Part shown: in pieces, positions 1 through 11,845 of the stretch
Layout: each line of letters starts with the position of its first letter
Numbering within the stretch: the stretch's first letter is position 1
Notes under the pieces: model-generated
The model's input: only the letters and a program-made list of their open reading frames with translations
The model's database searches: none
Told to the model about the DNA's origin: nothing
Position numbers and translations under genes: made by a program
Assembly: GCA_965198225.1 (NCBI GenBank)
Contig: CBDAOY010000006.1
Location: 384,001 to 448,000 of the forward strand
Direction of reading: 5' to 3'
Source of the DNA: Terriglobia bacterium
GTDB taxonomy: Bacteria > Acidobacteriota > Terriglobia > 20CM-2-55-15
DNA: 64,000 nucleotides

Positions 1-1091
1 CCGAGCTTGCCCAGGTCGGCGACGATCTTATCCAGCGGGCGATCGTCGTCCATCGTCAGCGACACCGACACCTCAGAAGTCGTAATCACGTCCACACTGG
101 CGCCATGTCGATCGAACACCTCGAACAGGACCCGCAGGAAACCATGCGCCCCGAGCATCCTGGAGGACGTGATGGTTACGACCGTCAGGCCTTTCTTGCA
201 GGCGAACGACTTGATCGGGTTGAGCCCGGCCGGTGCGTGATCACTGATCGACGTCCCGCTTCGATCGGGCTTGAGCGAGTTGAGCACGCGTACCGTTATG
301 CCCTTCTCCACAGCCGGTAACACGGTGGAGGGATGTAGGACCTTGGCGCCGAAATAGGCCAGCTCCGAGGCCTCGTCAAATGACATCTGCTTGATCTTCC
401 ACGCGTCAGTCACGATCCGCGGATCCGCCGTCATCATGCCATCCACATCGGTCCAGATCTGGATCTCGTCGGCGCCGAGGCACGCTCCGATCAGTGCCGC
501 AGAAAAGTCTGAACCTCCACGTCCCAGCGTCGTCGTTTCACCGGATGTGGTCGAGCCGACGTAACCTCCCGTGACGACCACCCGTCCCTGCTCGATCTGG
601 GGCCGTACACGGTCGTCGACCCGTTTCTGCGTTTCGGCAAGAAGCGGATTTGCCTTCGTGAAACTCCGATCGGTGACGATGCACTCCCTCGGATCGAGGT
701 GAACGGTCTTCGCTTTGCTGGCCAATCGTCGTTCGAAGATCTTCGCCGACAGGATCTCGCCATAAGAAGCAATCGCGTCTTCCTCGGCGGGTGTCAGAGC
801 ACCCGAGGCATGGACGCTATCGAGGACCGCCTCGAGCCCTTCGAATTCGGGAGCGAGAGTGGGAAGCAGATCCGTATGGCGCTCCCGCAGGGCAGCAACG
901 ATACCAAGGGCTGCGTCGCGCGACCCTTCTGCCGCGAATCGAGACGCCTCGATCAGATCGTTAGTTACCCCGCCGAGGGCGCTGACGACAACCACTGGGC
1001 CGAGTTCTACTCGATCGGCAACGATGGCACATGCCCGATCGATCGCCTGAGCGTCCTTGACGGAGGTCCCGCCGAACTTCATCACAATCAT
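1..1091 (-). CDS. lysC: Aspartate kinase (lysine-sensitive, AKIII type); 3' end runs off the window
   Basis: Not in the ORF track because it has no stop in the window. Manual minus-strand translation starts MIVMKFGGTSVKDA at ATG 1091 and later gives TTLGRGGSDFS, IWTDVDG and the ACT-domain RMLGAHGFL...VDVITTSEVSVSLT. Confidence 0.93.
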   Translation of the reverse strand, partial: MIVMKFGGTSVKDAQAIDRACAIVADRVELGPVVVVSALGGVTNDLIEASRFAAEGSRDAALGIVAALRERHTDLLPTLAPEFEGLEAVLDSVHASGALTPAEEDAIASYGEILSAKIFERRLASKAKTVHLDPRECIVTDRSFTKANPLLAETQKRVDDRVRPQIEQGRVVVTGGYVGSTTSGETTTLGRGGSDFSAALIGACLGADEIQIWTDVDGMMTADPRIVTDAWKIKQMSFDEASELAYFGAKVLHPSTVLPAVEKGITVRVLNSLKPDRSGTSISDHAPAGLNPIKSFACKKGLTVVTITSSRMLGAHGFLRVLFEVFDRHGASVDVITTSEVSVSLTMDDDRPLDKIVADLGKL

Positions 1092-1192
1092 GGTTTTGAG
1101 ACTATCACTGAGGGGGTCGTGGGCAACGTAAGCTCAAATGGGCAGAGGACAGGCGAATCATCGGCTGTTCTCGGACCCCGTGCGGCTTGCTG

Positions 1193-2116
1193 CTAGGGCT
1201 CGTTCGATGTCTCTCCGGCGATCGCTGCTCTGATCGCTTTGACGGTCTGATCGGCACGGAAGTCCATCAACTTGTTGCCGATTTCGATCGTCTCGTCCTT
1301 CGGGTCGATGCTCAGACCGTTGATCGTCGCCTTGCCCGCCGCGACGCGCTGATCGTAGCGAACCGACGTCGGATCGGTGACCATCATAAGCGAGGTGATC
1401 ACGTAATCGTCGTGAATACCGTCGTTCGTCGGCTGAACGATCCCCAGTTCGCTCTCCATCCACTCGGTCACCTCGCGGTACCGGTAGAACTCAGGGATGT
1501 AGTGGGCCGCAGCCTCGCCCCAGCGCTCGTTCAAGGCTTTGGCGGTGTTCTCCATGCCACTCTGGTTTCCACCGCTGTCGCCGAAGAAGATGAGGTGCTC
1601 AAAGCCCTGAGCCTTCAGGCTGCTGGCAATGTCATCGAGCATCATCTCGTAAGTCTCCTGCCGGAGACTGATAGTTCCCGGGTAGCGCATGTGGCCCGAC
1701 GGGGGGTTGTGGTCCCCTTCCGGCACCAGCGCGACAACAGGGGCGCACAACGCGTTTCCGAGCTTTCTCGCGATGCGCTCACAAGCTCCCCGCAACACGT
1801 AGTTGTGTTTGCCGGTCGCCAGGTACGGACCGTTTTGCTCGATCCCGCCGGTTGGGATCAAAGCGGTCGTTCTCCCGGTTGCCATCGCATCCCGCACTTC
1901 CATCCAGGTCAGCTCTTCAATCCAGATCGAATCCAGGGCGGCGATCGGTCGTGGCGATTTCAGCGTCTCGGCAAGCTGGCGTGCCTGTTCCGCCTGCCGG
2001 GCGGCCCGCTGTTCCGGGGTCAAGTTGCCCCGCCCTCTGCCCCGCTGCGCATCGGCAAATGTCGCGACTCCGAACGCCAACGCCACGATCACCGCGACAG
2101 ACAATACCTGTCTCAT
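1193..2116 (-). CDS. Creatininase-family amidohydrolase with signal peptide
   Basis: Motifs IEELTWMEV, PTGGIEQNGPYLATGKH, FFGDSGGN, GIHDD. Start placed at MRQVLSVAV with GAGGAGG RBS. Confidence 0.85.
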   Translation of the reverse strand: MRQVLSVAVIVALAFGVATFADAQRGRGRGNLTPEQRAARQAEQARQLAETLKSPRPIAALDSIWIEELTWMEVRDAMATGRTTALIPTGGIEQNGPYLATGKHNYVLRGACERIARKLGNALCAPVVALVPEGDHNPPSGHMRYPGTISLRQETYEMMLDDIASSLKAQGFEHLIFFGDSGGNQSGMENTAKALNERWGEAAAHYIPEFYRYREVTEWMESELGIVQPTNDGIHDDYVITSLMMVTDPTSVRYDQRVAAGKATINGLSIDPKDETIEIGNKLMDFRADQTVKAIRAAIAGETSNEP

Positions 2117-2172
2117 TACGTCCTCCTCAACTGACTCTCTACCCGTGGCTCTCCGGCGATGCCCCACACCAA

Positions 2173-3417
2173 TCAGTCCGAATAGTCCCTCGATGACATG
2201 ATTGCCGTTCGCAGGTAAGAAGGATTCCCGGCCTCTGTCCATGCCAGGACCAACCGCTCGGAATCTCCGACCAGTTGCGGGAATCCGCTGGAACGTTCTT
2301 CACTGTTGTTGGCTACGGTCCAGAATCCTACCACGGTACCGCCGTGATCGACCTGTTTCAGGCGTACCTCGGCGCCATCGTCGGTTTGCTCCATCCACGC
2401 TACGAACGCCGAGGAGGATAGCCTCAAGACCTCAACTCGGCCCAGCGGTCGGCCGTCATCGATCCGGACCGGTGTCTGGAACGTTTCTCCCGCGTCGTCG
2501 GAAAAGACCAGCCACACTGCGGGCTCGGCGCGAGCACTCGTAAACCACGAGACCGCCACGTCCTCATCCGACGCGGATATCGAGGGACCGTTCACGGGAC
2601 AGCCGTATATCTCCCACCCGTCCTCGGATAGTGCGCGGGGCTCCGACCACGCACCGTCCCGGTAGCTCAGGATCGAAATGTCCCGGATCTCGCCAGCGGA
2701 CCGATCGCGATAGACAAGGAGCTGCCCCCCGGGTACCGGCGCGGCCGACGTCTGACAGCATTCACAGACACGATCATCGAGCAGGGTCTCGGAGTGGACC
2801 GACCCGTCTGGACGGATCAGCGCGTGCATCAGGGACATGTCCCCGCCGTCGGGATCCGCCATCTGCCTTCCATCCAACCAGGCCGCCGACACCAAACCAT
2901 CCTCTGTGGGAAGCATGGAAACAAAGCCGTGCTCGGTTTCGGTTCCGTCGCTGTGAGGTGTGACCGGATCGTCCCAGCTTCGGCCGCCATCGTCCGACAA
3001 CGCAACACGGACGCCGTACGCGTACGTGTCCGGACCGGTCTTCGCGAGCCAGTGGGCAGCCAACCGCCCTCCGGGCAACGGGATCAACGATGGGAAATCG
3101 GCCCAGTTCACGAACCAGTCGGCTCCTTCGGCCACCGTTTCCGGACTCGACCATTCCACGCCACCCCGCTCGAGAACGGAAAACCGCAGCCTGTCCCGAC
3201 CCTCGTGTCCCGGTTCGATCCAACTCAACAGAACCCGTCCTTCGGAGTCCATCGACAGGTTTGGCTCGGCGGCGCCGGCGCCCGCCGGCGCGTCTATCAT
3301 CGGAATCGATCGGGGCTCGGAGAGATCGGCCGGCTGGGTAGCACAACCCGCGAAGAGGCTCAGAATCAGGCAGGAAAAGAGCCAACGTTGGAAGGAAGAC
3401 ATAGGGGAGTATGGCAT
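2173..3417 (-). CDS. Lipoprotein with BNR/Asp-box repeats (sialidase-like beta-propeller)
   Basis: Lipobox LFAGC; Asp boxes SDDGGRSW and SDDAGETF; conserved NWADFP, VCECC and GCPVNGP motifs. Confidence 0.8.
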   Translation of the reverse strand: MPYSPMSSFQRWLFSCLILSLFAGCATQPADLSEPRSIPMIDAPAGAGAAEPNLSMDSEGRVLLSWIEPGHEGRDRLRFSVLERGGVEWSSPETVAEGADWFVNWADFPSLIPLPGGRLAAHWLAKTGPDTYAYGVRVALSDDGGRSWDDPVTPHSDGTETEHGFVSMLPTEDGLVSAAWLDGRQMADPDGGDMSLMHALIRPDGSVHSETLLDDRVCECCQTSAAPVPGGQLLVYRDRSAGEIRDISILSYRDGAWSEPRALSEDGWEIYGCPVNGPSISASDEDVAVSWFTSARAEPAVWLVFSDDAGETFQTPVRIDDGRPLGRVEVLRLSSSAFVAWMEQTDDGAEVRLKQVDHGGTVVGFWTVANNSEERSSGFPQLVGDSERLVLAWTEAGNPSYLRTAIMSSRDYSD

Positions 3418-3442
3418 AGGCTGCGGAAGGTGACGAGTGGTT

Positions 3443-3709
3443 GTAGGTGCGCTCTATGAAGCTGTGAACGAATTATGGGAACGGAAAATCGGCTGGCGGG
3501 GCTTTTCACGTGTAGGTGCGGTCTATGACCGCACAACTTGTGGTCCCGCGAGCATTTGTGCGCTCATAGAGCGCACCTACACTTGAGGATCGCAGGTTCT
3601 TCATGAAAAGCCCCGCCACCCGATTCTCCAACAAATGACATTCGTTCACAGCTTGTATGAGCGCGCGTCGTGTCGGTCCGGAAAATGTGCGGTCATAGAC
3701 CGCACCTAC
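3443..3709. repeat. GTAG-type REPIN interrupted by a ~196-bp MITE-like element
   Basis: REP GTAGGTGCGCTCTATG|...|TATGAGCGC split by an insert at 3459-3654; partner REP ends at 3709. Confidence 0.85.
3459..3654. mobile_element. Non-autonomous MITE-like element, copy 1
   Basis: Perfect 15-bp terminal IRs AAGCTGTGAACGAAT/ATTCGTTCACAGCTT, ~22-bp subterminal IRs, internal REPIN; near-identical inverted copy at 30060-30253. Confidence 0.75.
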
Positions 3710-3716
3710 ACCATTC

Positions 3717-5153
3717 TTACGGCAACTCCGTAGTGCCCATCAAATACTCATCGATCCCGCGAGCGGCAACACGGCCCTCCTGGATGGCCCAAACGATGAG
3801 GGACTGGCCGCGCGCCATGTCACCTGCCGCAAAGACGCCGTCGACATTCGTCATCATCCGCTCGTCGGTGGCCACGTTGCCTCGATCGGTCAGATCGACG
3901 CCGAGTTGCGAGAGCATGCCTTCCTTTTCGGGGCCGACGAAGCCCATCGCCAGCAGCACGAGATCGACTTCCATTTCAAATTCCGAACCGGGAACTTGGT
4001 CGACCTGCAGGCGGCCGACCTCGTCCCTACTGATCTGGGCTCTGACCCCGTGCAGCTTCTCGACGTTTCCATCCGAGCCCGAAAACCGCGTCGTGGAAAC
4101 GTTGTATTCCCGGACTCCCCCCTCCTCGTGGGCCGAGGAAGTGCGGAAGATGTTGGGCCAAGTGGGCCAGGGATTGTCCGGCGCTCTTTCGCCGGGCGGC
4201 CGGTCGAGCAGTTCGAGTTGATGAATCGAATGAGCACCCTGGCGATGGGCCGTGCCGAGACAGTCCGCCCCGGTATCGCCGCCGCCGATGATAACAACCT
4301 TCTTGTCGCGCGCGGTGATGAACTTCTTTTCGGGTATGTCATCTCCCTCGCAGCGCTGGTTCTGCAGGGGGAGGTAGTCCATCGCAAAGTGAATACCGTC
4401 GAGATCCCTGCCTGGCACGGACAGATCGCGCGACGCCGTCGCGCCCCCGGCCAGCAGGAGCGCGTCGTAGTCGGACCGCAGCTCGTCGACCTGGATGTTG
4501 ACACCGACGTTGGCGTCGGTTCGAAACTCGACGCCTTCTGTCTCCAGCAGATCAAGCCGACGGTCGAGGAGTCGCTTTTCCATCTTGAAATCCGGGATGC
4601 CGTAACGAAGCAGGCCCCCGATACGGTCGTCACGCTCAAAAACGGTAACGGTGTGGCCGGCGCGATTCAACAGGTCAGCCGCGGCCAGACCGGCCGGCCC
4701 CGAACCGACCACCCCGACTTTCCTACCGGTCCGAGACTCCGGAGGCTTGGCCTTGATCCAACCATTCTCGAACGCGCGGTCGACGATCGTAACCTCGATT
4801 TGCTTGATCGTGACGGCATCGTCGTTGATGCCCAGCACGCAGGAACCCTCGCAGGGAGCCGGGCAGAGGCGGCCGGTGAACTCGGGGAAATTGTTGGTCG
4901 CCGACAGTCGTTCGATCGCTTCCTTCCATTGGTTGCGGTGAACCAGGTCGTTCCAATCCGGAATGATGTTTCCCAGCGGGCAACCCTCCTGGCAGAAAGG
5001 AATGCCGCAATCCATGCAGCGAGCCGACTGGCGTCGGAGCTCATCTTCAGGAAAGTCCCGGTAGACCTCCCCCCAGTCCTTCAACCTCTCGGCGATCGGG
5101 CGGCGGTCCGGAACGACGCGGGCAATCTCGAGGAAACCGGACGGGTCACCCAT
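3717..5153 (-). CDS. gltD: Glutamate synthase small subunit
   Basis: [10 protein letters not shown] Fe-S motif, [29 protein letters not shown]. Confidence 0.97.
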   Translation of the reverse strand: MGDPSGFLEIARVVPDRRPIAERLKDWGEVYRDFPEDELRRQSARCMDCGIPFCQEGCPLGNIIPDWNDLVHRNQWKEAIERLSATNNFPEFTGRLCPAPCEGSCVLGINDDAVTIKQIEVTIVDRAFENGWIKAKPPESRTGRKVGVVGSGPAGLAAADLLNRAGHTVTVFERDDRIGGLLRYGIPDFKMEKRLLDRRLDLLETEGVEFRTDANVGVNIQVDELRSDYDALLLAGGATASRDLSVPGRDLDGIHFAMDYLPLQNQRCEGDDIPEKKFITARDKKVVIIGGGDTGADCLGTAHRQGAHSIHQLELLDRPPGERAPDNPWPTWPNIFRTSSAHEEGGVREYNVSTTRFSGSDGNVEKLHGVRAQISRDEVGRLQVDQVPGSEFEMEVDLVLLAMGFVGPEKEGMLSQLGVDLTDRGNVATDERMMTNVDGVFAAGDMARGQSLIVWAIQEGRVAARGIDEYLMGTTELP

Positions 5154-8100
5154 GCTGGACCATCTCTTTGTGCTTGCCGCTTCGCTCGTTCAGGACGCGC
5201 CGATAATCCAGGGGCATCACCTTGACGAATCGACTCCGGTTCTCCCCCCAGTGTTCGAGTATGTCCCGCGCGTAATCGCTGTCGGTGTAGTTGACGTGAC
5301 GCTCGATGACGAAACGCACGAAGCTCTCTTCGGCTGCTATGTCCAGGCGTTCGAGGTCGACCATCTCGAGGTTACAGTGTTGGGCAAAGTCCCCCTCGAG
5401 GTCGAGGACGTAGGCGATCCCACCGCTCATCCCGGCGGCAAAGTTTCTCCCGGTTCGGCCCAGAACCACCACTCGCCCGCCGGTCATGTATTCACAGCCG
5501 TGGTCCCCGACGCCTTCAACAACGGTTACGGCCCCGCTGTTTCGTACGGCGAAACGCTCGCCGGCGACGCCACGGATGAACACCTCGCCGCCCGTCGCTC
5601 CATAGAGGACCACGTTACCGACGATGATGTTCTCCTCGGGTAAGAAATCGGATTCCTTGGGCGGATACACGATGATACGGCCACCGGATAGCCCCTTCGC
5701 CATGTAATCGTTGGCGTCTCCTTCCAGAGTCAACGTCATCCCCTGGGGAACGAATGCGCCGAAGCTCTGACCTGCGGAGCCCGTGAAGTGAGCACGGATG
5801 GTGTCCTCGGGAAGACCGTCCGCGCCGTAACGGCGCGACACTTCGCTGCCGAGCATCGTGCACGTCGTCCGGTTCGAATTGCGGATGGGCATCTCGATCT
5901 CCAACGGGTGTTTTTTCTCCAGAGCTTCGGACGCGAGCTCGATGAGTCGATTGTCGAGGACCGAGGCGATCCCGTGATCCTGCTCCTTCATCTTCCGTGT
6001 CCCCACCGAAGGCGAGACGTTCGGACGGTAGAGGATCGGCGTCAGATCGAGTTTCTTTCCCTTCCAGTGGTCGATGGCCTTTCTTGTTTCGAGCCGATCC
6101 ATCCGGCCCACCATCTCGTCCACCGTGCGGAATCCAAGCCTGGCCATCAGCTCACGAACTTCCTCTGCGACGAAGCGGAAGTAGTTCACGACGTGCTCTG
6201 CGTCGCCGTCAAACTTTTTGCGTAAACGGGAATCCTGCGTTGCTATCCCGACCGGGCAGGTATTCAGATGACAGACGCGCATCATGATGCACCCGGTAAC
6301 GATCAAGGCAGCGGTCGAAAAACCGTATTCCTCTGCGCCCAGCAGAGTGGCGATGACCACGTCACGACCGGTTTTCAGCTGGCCGTCAGTCTGCACGATG
6401 ATCCGGCTGCGGAGATCGTTCGCCACAAGTACCTGGTGCGTTTCGGCGAGGCCGAGTTCCCAGGGAATGCCCGCATGCTTGATGCTTGTCAGGGGGGAGG
6501 CACCCGTGCCCCCGCTGTCACCGGAGATCAGCACCACGTCGGAGTGCGCCTTCGACACACCAGCCGCAACTGTTCCCACGCCAACCTCGGCGACCAGCTT
6601 CACGCTGATGCGCGCGCGGGGGTTGGAGTTCTTGAGGTCGAAGATCAGTTGCGCCAGGTCTTCGATCGAATAGATGTCGTGGTGGGGTGGCGGCGAGATG
6701 AGTCCCACGCCAGGCGTGGAATAGCGTACCCGCGCGATGTTCTCGTCGACCTTGTATCCGGGAAGCTGCCCGCCTTCCCCGGGCTTGGCTCCCTGCGCCA
6801 TCTTGATCTGGAGTTCCCGGGAGTTGACCAGATACTCGCCGGTCACCCCGAACCGTCCCGAAGCCACCTGTTTGATCGCACTCGAGCGGGAGTCCCCGTT
6901 CGGGTCGGGTGTGAAGCGGGCGGGATCCTCGCCGCCCTCACCGGTGTTGCTCTTTCCTCCGATGCGGTTCATGGCGATCGCGAGCGTTTCATGCGCTTCC
7001 TTGCTGATCGACCCGAACGACATGGCGCCGGTGGCAAAGCGGGTGACGATCGAGTCGACGGGTTCGACCTCGTCGATCGGGACAGGTTCATCGGCGAACT
7101 TGAAATCGAGGAGACCGCGGAGCGTGCAGAGACGGCGGTCGGTCCGGTTGGCCGCCTCACTGAACTTCTTGAAGAGAGAATAGTCGTTCCGGCGCGTGGA
7201 GTATTGCAGCATGTGGATCGTTGCGGGGTTGTACATGTGGTACTCCCCCTCCCGACGCCACTGGTACTGGCCACCCCACTCCAGGTCCGGACTGCGTACA
7301 GGGCGCTCCGGGAACGCCCTGCGGTGATGGGCCAGGATCTCTTCGGCGATTTCGGTAAGCCCGATGCCGTCGATTCTGGACGCGGTCCAGGTGAAGTACC
7401 GATCGACGAACTCCTGGTTCAACCCGATCGCCTCGAAGATCTGAGCGCCACGGTAGCTCTGCAGCGTGGAGATGCCCATCTTCGACATCACCTTGACGAT
7501 TCCTTTCTTGACCGCCTTGATGTAGTGGTTGATCGCCTCCGAGTGCGTCACCTCGATGAGGTTCTCGCGGATCAGGTCGTCCAGCGTTTCGAACGCCAGG
7601 TACGGGTTGATTGCCGTTGCTCCATAGCCGATCAGGAGACAGTAGTGATGCACTTCTCGGGCTTCGCCGGTCTCGACGACGATGGCAGCCCGTGTCCTCT
7701 TCCCCTCCCGTACAAGATGATGATGCAAACCGGCGACGGCGAGCAGGCTGGGAATCGGCGAGAACTCCCGGTCGACTCCACGGTCTGAAAGGACAAGAAT
7801 GTTCACGCCTTCGTCGATTGCGCGACTCGCGTCCCGGCACAATTCGTCCAGAACCCGCTCCATGCCTGCGGCCCTCTCGCTGACGGGAAACACCATCGAC
7901 AGTGTCTCAGCGCTGAAGCCGGGCCGGCTGATCTGGCTGAGCCTGGCCAACTCGGCGTTGTCGAGGATAGGAGACAGCATCTTGATCTGCTGGCAGCTCT
8001 CGGGATCGGGATGGAGCAGGTTTCGCTCGGCGCCGACGTAGCTGATCGTCGACGTCACGAGTTCTTCCCGGATCGCATCCAGTGGAGGATTCGTGACCTG

Positions 8101-9675
8101 GGCAAAGAGTTGCTTGAAGTAGTTGAACAGGCTGGGTGCGCGATCCGACAGTACCGCCAGCGGCGTGTCGTTGCCCATCGAGCCCAGAGCTTCCTGGCTG
8201 TTTACCACCATCGGCGCCATCAGAATCCTCAGGTCTTCGTGCGTATAACCGAAGATCTGCTGACGGCGGAGAACCGTCGCATGGTTCGGTTCGGGAACTC
8301 GCGGCGCTTCGGGAAGGTCGCTGAGCCGGACCATGTTCTCGTCGAGCCATTCGCGATACGGATTGGCCGAGGCCATCTCACGCTTCAATTCCGTGTCGTC
8401 GATGATACGACCCTCACGGGTATCGACGAGGAACATCTTTCCAGGCTGGAGACGACCCTTGAAGGCCACCTCTTCGGCCGGGATGTCGAGCACACCCACT
8501 TCCGATGCCATGACGACCATGCCGTGTTTCGTGACCAGGTAGCGGGACGGGCGCAGGCCATTGCGATCCAGAACCGCTCCGATCACCCTGCCATCGGTGA
8601 ACGCGATCGAAGCCGGACCATCCCAGGGCTCCATCAAGCAGGAGTGATACTCGTAGAACGCCTTCTTCTCCTCACTCATGCTCTCATGCCCGTCCCAGGC
8701 CTCGGGAATGAGCATCATCACCGCATGGGGCAGTGAGCGGCCACACAAGACAAGCATTTCCAGCGCGTTGTCGAGCACGGCCGAATCGCTGCCGCCCTCG
8801 ACAAGCACGGGGAACAGGTCGGCGATGTCCTCCTCGAACAACTCCGACGAGAACAGGCCTTCCCGCGCCCGCATCCAGTTGATGTTTCCACGAAGGGTGT
8901 TGATCTCTCCGTTATGCGCCAGGTAACGGTACGGATGGGCAAGCGGCCAACTCGGAAAGGTGTTGGTGCTGAAACGCTGATGAACCAGCGCCAGCGCGGA
9001 GACCATCCGGGGGTCTCCGAGATCGGGGAAGTAAGTCTCGATCTGTTCGGCCGACAGCATGCCCTTGAAAACGATGGTTTGTGACGAAAGGCTGGCAACG
9101 TAGAACGCATCGCGACCTTCGACTGACGATTCACGAACCGCCCGCTCGGCGCGCTTCCTGACCAGCAGCAGAGTGCCCTCGAATCGATCGGCTGCCGTCT
9201 CATCACCACGGCCGATGAATACCTGACGTATGCGGGGTTCTCCCGCCTTCGCTGTGTTTCCGATCGGGGTGTTGTCGGTTGGGACGTCACGCCAGCCGAG
9301 CAGCCTCTGGCCGGTGCGGTAGACGGCGTCCTCGACGAGAGCCTGGATCTTCTGCGTTTCGCCGTCGTCGGGGGGGAGGAAAATCATGCCCACACCGTAG
9401 TCGCCGGGTTCGGGGAGCGCGATCCCGTTATCCCAGGTTTCCCTAAAGAACTCGTGCGGAATCTGCAGCAGAATTCCGGCGCCGTCACCAGTGTTTGCCT
9501 CGCTGCCCTTGGCGCCGCGATGGGCCAGGTTGTTCAGGACTTCCAGCGCCTGCCGGACGATCTCACGCGAACGATGCCCTGCCATGTCGACCACAAAACC
9601 GACACCACAGGCATCGTGTTCGAAACTGGGGTCGTACAACCCTTGCTTAGCTGGCATTGCTGGATTCATGTACAC
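5146..9675 (-). CDS. gltB: Glutamate synthase large subunit
   Basis: EHDACGVGF amidotransferase start, [29 protein letters not shown]; 1509 aa. Confidence 0.98.
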   Translation of the reverse strand: MYMNPAMPAKQGLYDPSFEHDACGVGFVVDMAGHRSREIVRQALEVLNNLAHRGAKGSEANTGDGAGILLQIPHEFFRETWDNGIALPEPGDYGVGMIFLPPDDGETQKIQALVEDAVYRTGQRLLGWRDVPTDNTPIGNTAKAGEPRIRQVFIGRGDETAADRFEGTLLLVRKRAERAVRESSVEGRDAFYVASLSSQTIVFKGMLSAEQIETYFPDLGDPRMVSALALVHQRFSTNTFPSWPLAHPYRYLAHNGEINTLRGNINWMRAREGLFSSELFEEDIADLFPVLVEGGSDSAVLDNALEMLVLCGRSLPHAVMMLIPEAWDGHESMSEEKKAFYEYHSCLMEPWDGPASIAFTDGRVIGAVLDRNGLRPSRYLVTKHGMVVMASEVGVLDIPAEEVAFKGRLQPGKMFLVDTREGRIIDDTELKREMASANPYREWLDENMVRLSDLPEAPRVPEPNHATVLRRQQIFGYTHEDLRILMAPMVVNSQEALGSMGNDTPLAVLSDRAPSLFNYFKQLFAQVTNPPLDAIREELVTSTISYVGAERNLLHPDPESCQQIKMLSPILDNAELARLSQISRPGFSAETLSMVFPVSERAAGMERVLDELCRDASRAIDEGVNILVLSDRGVDREFSPIPSLLAVAGLHHHLVREGKRTRAAIVVETGEAREVHHYCLLIGYGATAINPYLAFETLDDLIRENLIEVTHSEAINHYIKAVKKGIVKVMSKMGISTLQSYRGAQIFEAIGLNQEFVDRYFTWTASRIDGIGLTEIAEEILAHHRRAFPERPVRSPDLEWGGQYQWRREGEYHMYNPATIHMLQYSTRRNDYSLFKKFSEAANRTDRRLCTLRGLLDFKFADEPVPIDEVEPVDSIVTRFATGAMSFGSISKEAHETLAIAMNRIGGKSNTGEGGEDPARFTPDPNGDSRSSAIKQVASGRFGVTGEYLVNSRELQIKMAQGAKPGEGGQLPGYKVDENIARVRYSTPGVGLISPPPHHDIYSIEDLAQLIFDLKNSNPRARISVKLVAEVGVGTVAAGVSKAHSDVVLISGDSGGTGASPLTSIKHAGIPWELGLAETHQVLVANDLRSRIIVQTDGQLKTGRDVVIATLLGAEEYGFSTAALIVTGCIMMRVCHLNTCPVGIATQDSRLRKKFDGDAEHVVNYFRFVAEEVRELMARLGFRTVDEMVGRMDRLETRKAIDHWKGKKLDLTPILYRPNVSPSVGTRKMKEQDHGIASVLDNRLIELASEALEKKHPLEIEMPIRNSNRTTCTMLGSEVSRRYGADGLPEDTIRAHFTGSAGQSFGAFVPQGMTLTLEGDANDYMAKGLSGGRIIVYPPKESDFLPEENIIVGNVVLYGATGGEVFIRGVAGERFAVRNSGAVTVVEGVGDHGCEYMTGGRVVVLGRTGRNFAAGMSGGIAYVLDLEGDFAQHCNLEMVDLERLDIAAEESFVRFVIERHVNYTDSDYARDILEHWGENRSRFVKVMPLDYRRVLNERSGKHKEMVQHG

Positions 9676-9815
9676 GGGGATTCTCGATTCGGCGACTCAG
9701 TTCTCTGAGTCTCCCTCGATCGGAAAGCCCGGCTGGATCTTCCGATGCTACGGGTAGCGTTACACTTTACTTAATTTAAGAAAATAAGTCATCTCGAAAA
9801 ATACAATTACTTTGC

Positions 9816-9830
9816 ATAAGAGACGCTTAT
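9816..9830. promoter_or_regulatory. Probable LysR recognition box (T-N11-A)
   Basis: ATAAG-AGACG-CTTAT palindrome in the AT-rich divergent gltB/LysR intergenic region. Confidence 0.65.
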
Positions 9831-9849
9831 TCTGTACATTCCTTACCGG

Positions 9850-10764
9850 ATGAATTTTGAAACCTTGTTCCTCTACTGCGACGTCATTCGCTCGAACAGC
9901 TTCTCGCTGGGAGCCGCGGCACATCAGATTTCGCAATCGGCAGCCAGCCAGGCGGTGCGGCAACTCGAGCAGGAGCTGGGAGTCCAGCTCATCGACCGGA
10001 CGAAGCGTCCGTTCATGGTGACCCGTGAGGGAGGCGTCTTCTTCGAAGCATGCCAGGAGATTGTCGAGTGTTTCGAGAAAGCGAAGGCGGAGATCACTTC
10101 CGAGAATGCCCGGATCGAAGGCACCGTTCGCGTCGCGGTGATCTACTCGGTCGGGTTGCAGGATATGGGATGGTATACGCAGCAGTTCACCAGTCTTTAC
10201 AGCCGCGCAAGAATCCGGCTGGCGTACCTGCATCCGGAAGAAGTGGTCGAGGCGGTTATATCGAACGGCGCCGACCTCGGTATCCTGTCTTTCCCAAGCC
10301 CGCACCGCTCGCTCACGGTCATTCCGTGGCACTCGGAACCGATGGTCTTCGTATGCTCATCCAACCATCCGCTTGCGGCCCGGGAACTCGTCGGCGCTCC
10401 CGAAATCGCCGACCAACGGTTTGTGGCGTTCGACAAGACGCTTTCGATCCGTCGGGCAATCGACCGCGCGCTGCGGGTGCGCGGCTTCAAGGCCGACGTC
10501 GCGATGCAGTTCGACAACATCGAAACGATCAAACAGGCCATCACCACCGAGGCGGGTGTCAGCATCCTGCCACGCCCAAGCGTCAACCGCGAAGTGGAGG
10601 ACGGCGTCCTTACCGCGGTTCCTCTGGACATGCCGGAGTTGATTCGTCCCGTCGGGATCATCCACCGCCGCCAGAAGCTCCTAACCCCCACGACGTCAGC
10701 ACTGATGGACTTTCTGCGGCAGTATCGGCCGGGGGAGAGAGCTGTGGGGAGTAGTAGTCGGTAG
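9850..10764 (+). CDS. LysR-family regulator divergent from gltBD (GltC-like position)
   Basis: HTH SFSLGAAAHQISQSAASQAVRQLEQELGVQLIDR plus LysR substrate-binding domain. Confidence 0.93.
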   Translation: MNFETLFLYCDVIRSNSFSLGAAAHQISQSAASQAVRQLEQELGVQLIDRTKRPFMVTREGGVFFEACQEIVECFEKAKAEITSENARIEGTVRVAVIYSVGLQDMGWYTQQFTSLYSRARIRLAYLHPEEVVEAVISNGADLGILSFPSPHRSLTVIPWHSEPMVFVCSSNHPLAARELVGAPEIADQRFVAFDKTLSIRRAIDRALRVRGFKADVAMQFDNIETIKQAITTEAGVSILPRPSVNREVEDGVLTAVPLDMPELIRPVGIIHRRQKLLTPTTSALMDFLRQYRPGERAVGSSSR

Positions 10765-10893
10765 TCGGTAATCAGGATCGTCGTTTGCCAACTTGTCTGC
10801 GTACGGAACACCCGGGGACAGGGCAAGCCCTGTCCCCCTCACATTGGCTCTTTCACGAACCTTTCTGCGCAGCAACTTGCCACTTCTTGTTGA

Positions 10894-11820
10894 TCAGTAG
10901 ATCGTGATCGGTACGGGTGTAAAGCACAACACGAGCATCGCGAGTGCGATCCAACCCAGGGCAACCTGACGCGGGCCAAGCGGCACGGTGTCGTCGAGAG
11001 TGGGAGGGTGCCGCGTTCCCAGCAGCGCCAGCAGGAAAATCCACACCAACCAGCCGGGCCAGAAGAAGACCCCCATGGGGAGCAGGGCAAAAATCAAGAC
11101 CTGGGAGATCCGCCTGTGGAGGCGCCCGAACAGCGCGTAAGCGATATGTCCTCCGTCGAGCTGCCCGACGGGAAGCAGGTTCAGCGCGGTCAGAAAGAAG
11201 CCAAACCACGCTGCGAGCCCCACGGGGTGGAGAAACACATCCTGCCCTGCCGGTGGCGTCGCCCCGACCAGGAAGGAGATTGTCTTGTAGGCGAGGGGTT
11301 CGCCGAACATAATCAACCCTTCCGCGGGTTCCATCGGTCCGAACCGGGACTGCGTCAGCGCGAGGGCCAGGATCGGAATCGCGAGTACGAAACCCGCAAT
11401 CGGCCCGGCCACGCCAACCTCGAGCAGAGACGCCCGATCGTGAAAGGGCGATCGGATCCGGATGAACGCCCCGAGTGTGCCAATCAGCGACGGGAAAGGG
11501 ATGAAGTAAGGCAACGTCGCAGAAATGCCATAATAGCGGCACGTAAGGTAGTGGCCCATCTCATGGGCCAGCAGGATCGACAGGATCGCGATCGAAAAGG
11601 GGAGGCCGCGGAACAGAACGGTGGGGTTTCGGAAAATCTCTTGAAGCGTCCCACCGGGAGCAGCCGAAAGGTCTTGCTCCCATGCGGCCATCATGACCGT
11701 GCCGACCACCAAAGTCGTGAAACCAGTGGCGATAAAGAGGGCAACGTTCAGCCACGGAAACGGTTCGGCCCGCAGGGTCAGCGTCGGCTCGGAATAACCG
11801 TTGAGAACGTCGTGGTCCAT
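10894..11820 (-). CDS. Site-2 protease (M50) family membrane metalloprotease
   Basis: HEMGH, AGPIAG, NLLPVGQLDGGH; start chosen at MDHDV because the longer ORF overlaps HU. Confidence 0.9.
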   Translation of the reverse strand: MDHDVLNGYSEPTLTLRAEPFPWLNVALFIATGFTTLVVGTVMMAAWEQDLSAAPGGTLQEIFRNPTVLFRGLPFSIAILSILLAHEMGHYLTCRYYGISATLPYFIPFPSLIGTLGAFIRIRSPFHDRASLLEVGVAGPIAGFVLAIPILALALTQSRFGPMEPAEGLIMFGEPLAYKTISFLVGATPPAGQDVFLHPVGLAAWFGFFLTALNLLPVGQLDGGHIAYALFGRLHRRISQVLIFALLPMGVFFWPGWLVWIFLLALLGTRHPPTLDDTVPLGPRQVALGWIALAMLVLCFTPVPITIY

Positions 11821-11845
11821 GACCGAGGGGGGACGTTCCAAGCCG

